The position numbers were made by a program, and so were the translations under genes. Below are positions 1 through 11,107 of a DNA stretch of 64,000 nucleotides, in pieces. The DNA is taken from NCBI GenBank assembly GCA_030390025.1, contig JASTWF010000035.1:4154001-4218000 (forward strand), written 5' to 3'. Source of the DNA: Squalus acanthias (Eukaryota). Every line of letters starts with the position of its first letter. The stretch's first letter is position 1. The notes under the pieces were generated by a model. It was not told the DNA's origin and ran no database searches. It was given only the letters and a program-made list of their open reading frames with translations.

Positions 1-260
1 GAATCCAAAAGTCTTCTATAGGCATATAAATAGAAAACGGGTAGTAAGAGGAGGGGTGGGGCCAATTAGGGACCAAAATGGAGACCTATGCATGGAGGCA
101 GAGGGCATGGCTGAGGTGCTAAATGAATACTTTGCATCTGTCTTCATCAAGGAAGAAGATTCTGCCAAAGTCATAGTGAAAGAGGAGGTAGTTGAGATAC
201 TGGATGGGATAAAAATTGATAAGGAGGAGGTACTAAAAATGTTGGCTGTACTTAAAGTAG

Positions 261-1948
261 CTTCACAAAGGAGGACACAAATAACCTCCCAGAGATGTCG
301 GGGAACATAGGGTCTAATGAGAGGGAGGAATTGAATGAAATCAGTATTTGTAGGGAAATGGTGTTAGGGAAATTGACGGGATTGAAGACCGATAAATCCC
401 AGGGCCTGATAATCTACATCCTAGGGTACTTAAGGAAGTGGCCCTAGAAATAGTAGATGCATTGCTGGTCATCTTCCAACATTCAATGGAATCTGGAACA
501 GTTCCCATGGATTGGAGGGTAGCTAATGTAACCCCACTATTTAAAAAAGGTGGTAGAGAGAAAACATCGGTAGTGGGGAAAATGCTAGAGTCCATTATAA
601 AAGATGTAATAGCAGAGCACTTGGAAAACAGTGACAGGATCGGACAAAGTCAACATGGATTTACAAAAGGTAAATCATGCTCGACTAATCTACTGGAATT
701 TTTTGAGGATGTAACTGGTAGAATAGATAAGGGAGAACGAGTGGATGTGGTGTATTTGGACTTTCAGAAGGCTTTCGATAAGGTCCCGCATAAGAGATTA
801 GCGTGCAAAGTTAAAGCACATGGGATTGGGGGTAAGGTACTGTCTTGGATAGAGAACTTGTTGGCAGACAGGAAGCAAAGAGTTGGAATAAGCGGGTCTT
901 TTTCCGAGTGGCAGGCAGTGACTAGTGGGGTACCGCAGGGATCGGTGCTAGGACCCCAGCTATTCACAATATATATATAAATGATCTAGACGAGGGAACT
1001 AGATGTAATATCTCCAAGTTTGCAGATGACACAAAGCTGGGTGGGCGTGTGTGCTGTGAGGAGGATGCAGAGAAACTCCAGTATGATTTGGACAGGTTGG
1101 GTGATTGGGCAGATGCATGGCAAATGCAGTATAATGTGGATAAATGCGAGGTTATCCACTTTGGTGGCAAAAACAGGAAGACAGATTATTATCTGAACGG
1201 CAATAGATTGGGAAAAGGGGAAGTGCAACAAGACCTGGGTATCCTTGTGCACCAGTCGCTGACGGTAAGCATGCAGGTGCAGCAGGCAGTTAAGAGGGCA
1301 AATGGTATGTTGGCCTTCATAGCGAGAGGATTCGAGTACAGGAGCAAGGATGTCTTGCTGCAGTTGTACAGGGCCTTGGTGAGACCACACCTTGAGTATT
1401 GTGTGCAGTTTTGGTCACCTTATCTGAGGAAGGATGTTCTTGCTATGGAGGGAGTGCAGTGAAGATTCACCAGACTGATACCTGGGATGGCAGGAATGAC
1501 GTATGAAGAGAGATTGGGTCGATTAGGCTTATATTCACTAGAGTTTAGAAGAATGAGAGGGGATCTCATTGAAACTTATAAAATTCTAACAGGACTAGAC
1601 AGACTAGATGCAGGAAGGATGTCCCCGATGGCGGGGGAGTCCAGAACCAGGGGTCACAGTCTAAGGATAAGGGGTAAGCCATTTAGGACTGAGATGAGGA
1701 GGAATTTCTTCACCCAGAGAGTGGTGAACCTGTGGAATTCTCTGCCACAGAAGGCAGTTGAGGCCAATTCATTAAATATATTCAAGAAGGAGATAGATAT
1801 ATTTCTTAAGGCTAAAGGGATCAAGGGATATGGGGAGAAAGCAGGGACAGGGTTCTGAATTTGGATGATCAGCCATGATCTCATTAAATGGCGGAACAGG
1901 CTCGAGGGGCCGAATGGCCTACTCCTGCTCCTATCTTCTATGTTTCTA
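261..1948 (+). mobile_element. 5'-truncated CR1 LINE (family 'A') nested in the family B copy
   Basis: RT motifs QHGFTKGKSC, YLDFQKAFDKVPH, GVPQGSVLGPQLF and KFADDTK. Tail TTCTATGTTTCTA at 1936-1948. Closely matches 40572-42293. Confidence 0.95.
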
Positions 1949-2676
1949 AGTCACCAAGACCGGATGGGATGCATCCTAGGATGCTGAGGGTAGTAAAGGT
2001 GGAAATTGCGGAGGTACTGGCCATAATATTCCAATCCTCCTTAGATACAGGGGAGGTGTCAGAGGACTGGAGAATTGCAAATTTTACATCATTGTTCAAA
2101 AAAGGGTGTAAAGATAAACCCAGCAACTACAGGCCAGTCAGTTTAACCTCGGTAGTGGGGAAACTTTTAGAAACAATAATCAGGGACAAAATTAACCAGC
2201 ATTTGGACAAGTGTGGATTAATTAATAAAAGTCAGCACAGATTTGTTAAAGGCAAATCATGTTTAACTAACTTGATGGAATTTTTTGATGTGTTAACAGA
2301 GAGGGTTGATGAGGGCAGTGCGGTTGACGTAGTGTACATGGATTTCCAAAAGGTGTTTGATAAAGTGCCACATAATAGGCTTACCAGCAAATAAAAGGGA
2401 CAGTGGCAGCATGGATATGAAATTGGCTAAGTGACAGGAAACAGAGAGTAGTGGTGAACGGTTGTTTTTCGGACTGGAGGAAGGTATACAGTGATGTTCC
2501 CCAGGGGTCGGTTCTAGGACCACTGCTTTTCCTGATATATGTTAATGACTTGGATGTGGGTGTACAGGGCACAATTTCAAAATTTGGAGATGACACAAAA
2601 CTTCGAAGTATAGTGAACAGTGAGGGAGAGAGTGATAGACTTCAGGAAGACATAGACAGGCTGGTGAAATGGGCAG

Positions 2677-3247
2677 TGTAGAAGTGCAGTTTACTTTTAG
2701 ACACAAACAAAATGGCTTTTCTGAGAAAATAATTTTAAAAAAGGGAATTCAAAATGGCCGACAGTAGGAGTCACCATAATAAGTAAATCATTCTAATTAG
2801 CTACAAGGATGGGACAACTCAGAATTCCCCATCTAAGAAAAGCTTAGCAAAATAAGGCATCAAACAGTTCTAACCAGCTCAGGATGAGATAAGGTAAGCC
2901 ATCAACCCACAGATTAGAGAATGAACATTGAACAAAGGGATCCCACAAGGAAGGTCTGGTTATCTGATCTTTAAGGAATTTCTGCTCGTTATTATAACGA
3001 AAACCTATGCAATAACTCACAAGTTTGTGCATCATTAATCAGGATGTTTAATGCTATGTCATATGGCCTGTTCTGTGTTCTTTTTTGTATAAAGTATGTT
3101 CAAATCTTGTAAGATTTGAAGCATTCTGACATAGTAACTTGACTGTGTCAGAACCTTCCCTTGTAACAAGTAAACTTTATTAAAAAGCCTTCTTTGACAC
3201 GATTCTATGTTTAAAAAGAGTTCTACTCGGCATGTAAAACTTCGACG
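2677..3247 (+). repeat. 5' LTR
   Basis: Direct repeat of 7679-8250 with about 10 differences by eye. TATAAA at 3088-3093 and ATTAAA at 3179-3184. Confidence 0.95.
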
Positions 3248-3253
3248 GTTTCT

Positions 3254-3271
3254 TGGAGGTTCCACCGAGAT
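3254..3271 (+). promoter_or_regulatory. Primer-binding site complementary to the tRNA-Gln 3' end
   Basis: TGGAGGTTCCACCGAGAT is the reverse complement of ...ATCTCGGTGGAACCTCCA (vertebrate tRNA-Gln) and lies 6 nt after the 5' LTR. A donor-like G|GTAAGT follows at 3287-3293. Confidence 0.92.
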
Positions 3272-3977
3272 CGCTTGCTACCTCTCGGTAAGTCACGGAC
3301 AGAGGACACTATGAATTTCTAGTGACAAATCCTAACTGGCCAAAGTGATGTTTTATCACCTTAAAGGATTTCTCACTAGATACTGAATTGGTGTGAGTCT
3401 GTTTCTTCCGACAGAAGCACTGTGATCCTGTTTTAGAATTGAGTTGAATATTGTAACTTTTGCTTCTTTTATTTTAACGTTAAAAGGAGAAGAATTCTGA
3501 CGGCTCAAGTCTCAAAACTATCGGGCAAAGAAGGCAAGAAAGAGAGTCGGCAGGGTTGCTTCCCGGACTAAAGGTACCAGGTTGTGAAAAAGCGCTAAAA
3601 GGTTAAAACTGCAGTATCAAGGGTGGGTCCCTTGAGCCGGAGAAAAGAGTCTCGCGGCAGAAAGGTTTAGAGAGAGAAGCCTTCACTTAGAATATAAGTT
3701 ATGTATAAAGCATAAGTTAAATGTTAAGGACTCAGTTTGTAGTGGCGTTCAACGCAGGCTGAGAATTGACTATTTGTTTAGTTTAAAGTATAAGATTAAT
3801 GTCTGATTACTTGATTTGTTTGCCTGTTTGGGCTTTTGCACTTACTTATCATTGTCTTTATTGTTGTTAATTCTTGTTATTGTTTGTCACTTGTGGAGCT
3901 CCGAAGGGTTAATAATAATCGTAAGGGGGTAAAGGGTGAAACTTGCGATTTAGAAGAAGTGTGCCTAGTATAATTAA

Positions 3978-4232
3978 AACTTTACTAAGAATAGAAGAAT
4001 TACATGTCTAGAGGACTGTCTCGCAAATAGAGACCCACAAAGAAGAGGTAAAAAGTCAATAAATTGGTCAGCCTTTTCAGACTGGAAAAAGGAAGCTGAA
4101 AGGCGTAAGGACCGTAGTATACAAGCCAGTAGATCTGACATTAAAAATAAGAGAAAAGACCCTGTGAGTAAATTGGCTAAACAAAATGAAGTTAGACAAA
4201 TAGGGACCAAAAGAATAAAGTTTCCCTCTTAA
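3978..4232 (+). pseudogene. Possible gag (matrix-region) remnant
   Basis: 84 stop-free codons with no ATG (NFTKNRRITCLEDCL...INWSAFSDWKKEAERRK...) at the position expected for gag. No diagnostic motif. Confidence 0.3.
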
Positions 4233-6381
4233 TGGAGCAAGCAGCTTCCGCAACACCGACGGACCAGAATTGAAATCTGAAACTCAAAGCAAAAAAAAAA
4301 AGAAGGGATTTGGAAAGCCACGAAAAGCTGCTGAGAAAAGTTTTACCGGCATGGAAGTTATTAATGTCTGTGCCGAGATAAAAGTTAATATACAAGATTT
4401 GTTGAGTGAAAGGAATCTTAAAAGGAATACTGGGATCTCAGTTGAGTGAAAAGTGTGAAAGATTCCTGATTGTGTGAATGTTTAAGTTTGTTAAGTTACA
4501 GTATTATTTTGTCCCTGAAAAAAAATCTGCCTAAAAAAAAAGGTGTCTGTCATTTTGTTTATGTTTTAGCTCCACCCACTCTTTTGTACAGAGAGCTAAA
4601 AGCTGTTTTTGACTCTTTGAAGACCTGTCTTGAATGACAGACAAGTGTGTTGTTTTAAGTTTGTTAATTGTTTTACAAAAGAGGTATAAGCTTCAGCCTT
4701 GAAGTCACAGTTGCCAATGTGCCTGGAAAGAAAATGACAATTAATTTGAATGTTTACAAGGCATGGTAATTGTTTCTTTGTTAATGTAACTATGGGTTCT
4801 TTCTTTTCCAACTGACACTGGTTAGTTTAAAAAAAAAATTGATCTGGATTGAATTGGAATTATTGAGGTTAATTAACCTATTAAAAACCAGACTTTCATT
4901 GTGCATGGTGAAATTCTGGTTGGTGTAAATTTGTGTAGACCGCATTGAATAAGATATTTAATGGTCTGAAACCAGATTTTGAAATATTTACAGTCTTGGA
5001 TACAGAACGGGTTCTGGTCCATACCATTGGCAGAGGAATCACAAGGAAATTCGCCTTTACTGTCAGGGATAGACAGGAATTTTATATCAGACTTTGCAGG
5101 GAAAGCATTGTGCCAGAGAAGAAAAAAACTAATTTGAATTACAATTTAAGTTAAGCTGGTGTGTAAAAACTGAGAAGAACAACAAAAAAAAGTTTGTTTA
5201 ACAAAAGATTAAGTTTTGGTCTAAGATTTAACCTTGGAGTCACGGTTGCTATGGTGAAATCTTCCAAAGCACTCTGATTTGATTTGTTTAAATTCAATGA
5301 TTTTACAGTATTTTGGAAAGACATCTGAAGAAAGGACAATAAGAAATATGATGTAATTTACTAGTTCTGCAAGCATGTGCTATTTTGTTTTGTTTTATCT
5401 GTTCTGTTCGTGTTCAGTTAAAGTGTGAAAACACAACTGCTTTTTTGGATCGGGAAAGTTTTTTTTTAATTTACGTGAAGTGACGCAATTGCGTGCACCT
5501 GATAATGTTTCGCTCCACCTTCTTAAAAAACCTGCGAAGGAGTTAACCCTTTCCACTGACAGCTGATTAAGTTCATCAAGCAATAACTTTAGTATGACAT
5601 TTAAAGATATTGGACATTATTAATTTTAAGTTAATATTTCCCCACAGTGACAGAAGGAAAATTATGATTTGATAAATTAACCCATTGGGCTCTAAGCAGA
5701 GTCACAATGGATTCTCTTCTTTCTTTTGTTATATGGAAGTTACTTTGTAAACTAATTGCAGCACTTCTGTCTCTAATGTTAAAACACTGTATAAACCACC
5801 TAGCCAGGAAATCATTTGTTTCTGAAATTGGAAATGGAAGATAAATTGATAGAAATGAAATTGAACATTGACAAAACCTATCAGTTCAACAGTACTGCTG
5901 TTTGGATTTTGGGATAATTTTGTAATAACAAAATAGACTCAGGCACTATATATACTTTTGGGAAAATAAAAGATCCTCTAAAATAATGATAAATAAAAAG
6001 TGTTAGTAACTTGGACCTAGTGAGAATGTTTGATCTATGTTTTCAATCTTAAATATTGTACTGGACAGTAAAGTTACTCCAGGGCTCATGAATGAGATAT
6101 GAATGGTAATTAATGGTATGTGTAAAATTGAAACAGGAGAAATTACACTGCTGAATGGGAATTTTAAAAACTTGCTAGTGAAAGTCAGGAAAGTGCAGTT
6201 AAGAATAGTAAATTGATAGCTTTCTCTTGGAGACATTTGTGTCCCTGCCTATAATGAACTTTTAAGAAAACTGAATTTGATAGCCTGGCCACTATCCAAG
6301 ATATCAGGACCATGCAGAGGAAGATGAACAAAGACAATCTTTTGATAAGATACCTGAAAGCCCGAGAAAGGCACATGTGGC

Positions 6382-7014
6382 ATGATATTTACGTTTTACC
6401 TACTAATCAGACTGATATGTATAGCCTGCCAAGGGAGAAGAAAAGAACCCCGAAAGAAATGAGAATTACATATGAACACCTTTTTGTATATGTCATATAA
6501 GTATGCCAAAAAAAGTGGGATAAACGCCTGTTGGGTATGTAGCCATATTCCTACCCATGTGAAAGGAGGAATACCCCTGTGACCGATACCCTTGAACCTC
6601 ACAGATATGGCAGAATGGATAATTAATAAAAATCATACGAAACAGAAAAATACCACCCTATCCACCTTCGGAAATAAATGGGAACAAAAGTGGTCTAGCC
6701 TAAGAAACGAGTTTAAGGGGGGAGGATATTCGTTAGAAAATTTTAAGGGATGGTACAAGCCGACGTATGATTATACGAAAGTACCTCCTTTTCTAGCCCT
6801 TACCAATACATCGGGAAAGGGCCGACCGATCGGGGATATATGCTGGGAACGCGATCTAGGACAGACTAAAGGGAACAGAGTTAATATGGGGAAAAGTCGT
6901 TGCATACAAAAGTTTATTACGTACGGGGCAGGAAGTTCCATGGAAAGCTGGTGGTTCAATACTACCAGTTTGATGAATTTGACTAATAACAGACCATGGA
7001 ATGGGACTAAATGA
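6382..7014 (+). pseudogene. env: Retroviral env (SU) remnant, gamma-type CXXC
   Basis: One frame reads MIFTFYLLIRLICIACQG (signal-like) RRKEPRKK*ELHMNTFLYMSYKYAKKSGINACWVCSHIPTHVKGGIPL*PIPLNLTDMAEW... with several NxT/S sequons. CWVC at 6529-6540; in-frame TGA at 6460, 6580 and 7012. No TM region (CX6CC) found. Confidence 0.8.
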
Positions 7015-7657
7015 TTGAATACTGACAATATACATATATATATATATATACATTTTGCATGCTCCCCACTTTCGGTAAAAATATTCTTCCACCCAAATGG
7101 GATCTGCAGGCTAGGGAAAGAGAGAGGACTCCTTTCAACTGCCGGTGACGTCGACCTTGTATACCACTTGGTCTGCACTCTGGAGGCTCACGTAGAAGCA
7201 CTTGTGCTTTGGAGAACCCCACAGGTTAGGTATAAACTGTGTGGGTCATGAATCAGTCCTCCTCTATAAGCTGCAGTTCCCTAGGAGAACCCCACAGGTT
7301 AGGCATAAACTGTGTGGGCCATGACTTAGAACTCCTCTATGAACTGCTGTACCCTATCTCCTTAGAGGGTGTATAGCAACACCCGAACTGCAGGCTAGTA
7401 TAAGCTGCAGGAAAAGTTAGAGAACAGCAGACTAATGAACCACAAAAGTACGCCACAGTCACCAAAACACAACTAAAACCCCTACAAGAACATACACCCA
7501 AACACCGAGAATAGACAGAGAAGAAGGACGATCTTAGATAAGGTCAACCATCAATACAGGTATATCCCGAGGATGGTTACAAACAGAAAAGAAGTCGGTA
7601 TCCTTGACTAGATTTTGGGTTAGTATAAGGACCGTTAGGAGAAAGCTATGTTGTCCT

Positions 7658-7678
7658 AGAAAGGACAAAAGGGGAAAA
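7658..7678 (+). promoter_or_regulatory. Polypurine tract
   Basis: AGAAAGGACAAAAGGGGAAAA immediately precedes the TG of the 3' LTR. Confidence 0.85.
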
Positions 7679-8250
7679 TGTAGAAGTGCAGTTTACTTTT
7701 AGACACAAACAAAATGGCTTTTCTGAGAAAAGAATTTTAAAAAAGGGATTTCAAAATGGCCGACAGTAGGAGTCACCATAATAAGTAAATCATTCTAATT
7801 AGCTACAAGGATGGGACAACTCAGAATTCCTTATCTAAGAAAAGCTTAGCAAAATAAGGCATCAATTAGTTCTAACCAGCTCAGGATGAGATAAGGTAAG
7901 CCATCAACCCACAGATTAGAGAATGAACATTGAACAAACGGATCCCACAAGGAAGGTCTGGTTATCTGATCTTTAAGGAATTTCTGCTCGTTATTATAAC
8001 GAAAACCTATGCAATAACTCACAAGTTTGTGCATCATTAATCAGGATGTTTAATGCTATGTCATATGGCCTGTTCTGTGTTCTTTTTTTGTATAAAGTAT
8101 GTTCAAATCTTGTAAGATTTGAAGCATTCTGACATAGCAACTTGACTGTGTCAGAACCTTCCCTTGTAACAAGTAAACTTTATTAAAAAGCCTTCTTTGA
8201 CACGATTCTATGTTTAAAAAGAGTTCTACTCGGCATGTAAAACTTCGACA
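7679..8250 (+). repeat. 3' LTR
   Basis: TGTAGAAGTG...CTTCGACA, followed by TSD GCGG and resumption of the host CR1 frame. Confidence 0.95.
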
Positions 8251-9293
8251 GCGGACACGTGGCAGATGAAATTTAACGCAGAAAAGTGCGAAGTGATACA
8301 TTTTGGTAGGAAAAATGAGGAGAGGCAATATAACCTGAAGGGTACAATCCTAAAGTGGGTGCAGGAACAGAGAGACCTGGGGGTGTATGTGCACAAATCA
8401 TTGAAGGTGGTAGGGCAGGTTGATAAAACGGTTAAAAAAGTATACGGGATACTGAGCTTCATAAATAGAGGTATAGAGTACAAAAGCAAGGAAGTTATGA
8501 TGAACCTTTATAAAACACTGGTTCAGCCTCAACTGGAGTATTGTGTCCAATTCTGGGCACCGCACTTTAGGAAGGATGTGAAGGCCTCAGAGAGGGTGCA
8601 GAAAAGATTTACCAGAACGATTCCAGGGATGAGGGACTTCAGTTAGGTGGATAGACTGGAGAAGCTGGGGTTGTTCTCCTTGGAGCAGAGAAGATTGAGA
8701 GGAGATTTGATCGAGGTGTTCAAAATCATGAGGGTTCGGGACAGAGTAGATAGAGAGAAACTGTTCCCATTGGCAAAGGGGTCAAGAACCAGAGGACACA
8801 GATTTAAGGTGATTGGCAGAAGAACCAAAGGCGACATGAGGGAAAACTTTTTTACGCAGCAAGTGGTTAAGATCTGGAATACACTGCCTGAAAGGGTGGT
8901 GGAGGCAGATTCAATTGTGGCCTTCAAAAGGGAGTTGGATAAGTACCTGAAGGAAATAAATTTGCAGGGCTACGGGGAAAGGGCGGGGGCGGAGTGGGAC
9001 TAGCTGAAGTGCTCTTGCAGAGAGCCGGCACGGGCTCGACGGGCCGAATGGCCTCCTACCGTGCTGTAACCATTCTATGATTCTATGACACGATGATCTG
9101 ATCCGGGACCAAACCAGGAGCATCTGATCCGGAAGCACAGGTGCTGACTCCAACTTCTGTTGTCCGTGCACCCCAGCAATGTGACTCCCGGCTGGAGGGG
9201 AGGTATTATGCGATAGGATGGTTCCCGTGGGAATGTTGGGACAGTGCAGCAGTTTTAAGGGATATTTTAAGGAAAGTCAGATAGGGATCTTAC

Positions 9294-9351
9294 CTTCATT
9301 CAGCTTCAGCAAGAGAAACATTAACCCCAGGGCAGAGAGATCACACTTCAT
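9294..9351 (-). CDS. Putative signal-peptide coding exon of a host gene (exon 9381-9294, coding 9351-9294)
   Basis: Minus strand: acceptor ctgtttgtgtttcag|G, Kozak-like GGGACCATG, MKCDLSALGLMFLLLKLNE+G, then donor GAAG|GTAAGA (phase 1). Confidence 0.6.
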
Positions 9352-9421
9352 GGTCCCGGACCGTGAAAATCCCAATACAGCCTGAAACACAAACAGCCTA
9401 TAGGTCACAGCCTGCTCCTGG

Positions 9422-10978
9422 CACACTCAGACCGTGTCTCACACTCTCTCTGTGTCTCACACTCAGACCGTGTCTCACACTCACTCTCTCTGTGTCTCAC
9501 ACTCAGACTGTGTCTCACACTCTCTCTCTGTGTCTCACACTCAGACCGTGTCTCACACTCACTCTCTCTGTGTCTCACACTCAGACCGTGTCTCACACTC
9601 ACTCTCTCTGTGTCTCACACTCAGACCGTGTCTCACGCTCACTCTCTCTGTGTCTCACACTCACTCTCTCTGTGTCCCACACTCACTCTCTCTGTGTCTC
9701 ACACTCACTCTCTCTGTGTCCCACACTCACTCTCTCTGTGTCCCACACTCACTCTCTCTGTGTCCCACACTCACTCTCTCTGTGTCTCACACTCACTCTC
9801 TCTGTGTCCCACACTCACTCTCTGTGTGTCTCACACTCACTCTCTCTGTGTCTCACACTCACTCTCTCTGTGTCTCACACTCAGTCCCTCTCTGTCGCAC
9901 ACTCACTCTCTCTGTGTCTCACACTCACTCTCTCTGTGTCCCACACTCACTCTCTCTGTGTCTCACACTCACTCTCTCTGTGTCCCACACTCACTCTCTC
10001 TGTGTCTCACACTCACTCTCTCTGTGTCCCACACTCACTCTCTCTGTGTCCCACACTCACTCTCTCTGTGTCTCACACTCACTCTCTCTGTGTCTCACAC
10101 TCACTCTCTCTGTGTCCCACACTCACTCTCTCTGTGTCTCACACTCACTCTCTCTGTGTCTCACACTCACTCTCTCTGTGTCTCACACTCACTCTCTCTG
10201 TGTCCCACACTCACTCTCTCTGTGTCTCACACTCAGTCCCTCTCTGTCGCACACTCACTCTCTCTGTGTCTCACACTCACTCTCTCTGTGTCTCACACTC
10301 ACTCTCTCTGTGTCCCACACTCACTCTCTCTGTGTCCCACACTCACTCTCTCTGTGTCTCACACTCACTCTCTCTGTGTCTCACACTCACTCTCTCTGTG
10401 TCTCACACTCACTCTCTCTGTGTCCCACACTCACTCTCTCTGTGTCTCACACTCAGTCCCTCTCTGTCGCACACTCACTCTCTCTGTGTCTCACACTCAC
10501 TCTCTCTGTGTCTCACACTCACTCTCTCTGTGTCTCACACTCACTCTCTCTGTGTCTCACACTCACTCTCTCTGTGTCTCACACTCAGTCCCTCTCTGTC
10601 GCACACTCACTCTCTCTGTGTCTCACACTCACTCTCTCTGTGTCTCAGACTCACTCTCTCTGTGTCTCACACTCAGTCCCTCTCTGTCGCACACTCACTC
10701 TCTCTGTGTCTCACACTCACTCTCTCTGTGTCTCACACTCACTCTCTCTGTGTCCCACACTCACTCTCTGTGTGTCTCACACTCACTCTCTCTGTGTCTC
10801 ACACTCACTCTCTCTGTGTCTCACACTCAGTCCCTCTCTGTCGCACACTCACTCTCTCTGTGTCTCACACTCACTCTCTCTGTGTCTCACACTCACTCTC
10901 TCTATGTCTCAGACTCACTCTCTCTGTGTCTCACACTCAGTCCCTCTCTGTCGCACGCTCACTCGTCTGTGTCTCACG
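9422..10978. repeat. 22-bp minisatellite (CACACTCACTCTCTCTGTGTCT)n
   Basis: Roughly 70 units. Variants CACACTCAGACCGTGTCT at the left end and CACACTCAGTCCCTCTCTGTCG interspersed. Confidence 0.97.
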
Positions 10979-11090
10979 CCCAGTCTGTTTGCCCAACACA
11001 ATTCGGTTGAGAGAATTTCTGACTTTGCTGAAAGTAATTAACTCTTTCTGTGCCTGTCGCCTGCTTTCAGTCCCGTGGATAAGATCCTTT

Positions 11091-11107
11091 TTTCTGTTTC
11101 ACTTTCC
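11091..11107 (-). promoter_or_regulatory. ISRE/IRF-binding-like element
   Basis: Minus strand GGAAAGTGAAACAGAAA contains three GAAA half-sites at 2-nt spacing, in unique sequence upstream of the putative exon. Confidence 0.5.

Larger units (their letters stand above)
2677..8250 (+). mobile_element. Endogenous retrovirus-like LTR element, non-autonomous (no recognisable pol), with env remnant
   Basis: Paired ~571-bp LTRs (TG...CG and TG...CA), 4-bp TSD GCAG/GCGG, PBS, polypurine tract, and a decayed env with CWVC. Confidence 0.93.
1..9088 (+). mobile_element. CR1-clade LINE (family 'B'), ORF2 plus 3' UTR, split into 1-260, 1947-2676 and 8251-9088 by two later insertions
   Basis: Reading is continuous across the insertions: ...LAVLKV|(D)KSPRPDGMHPR...NYRPVSLTSVVGK...YMDFQKVFDKVPH...VPQGSVLGPLLF...KFGDDTK...VKWA|DTWQMKFN...LEYCVQFWAP. 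It ends in an (ATTCTATG)n tail at 9072-9088. It carries stops and a deletion, and the 5' part lies outside the window. Confidence 0.93.

Noticed and set aside
2844..3035. Duplicated 63-aa ORF (also 7846-8037)
   Set aside because: Antisense ORF inside the two LTR copies; no coding evidence.
5643..5680. CACAGTG heptamer as a V(D)J recombination signal (also at 43223)
   Set aside because: No nonamer at 12/23 spacing, and both lie within retroelements.
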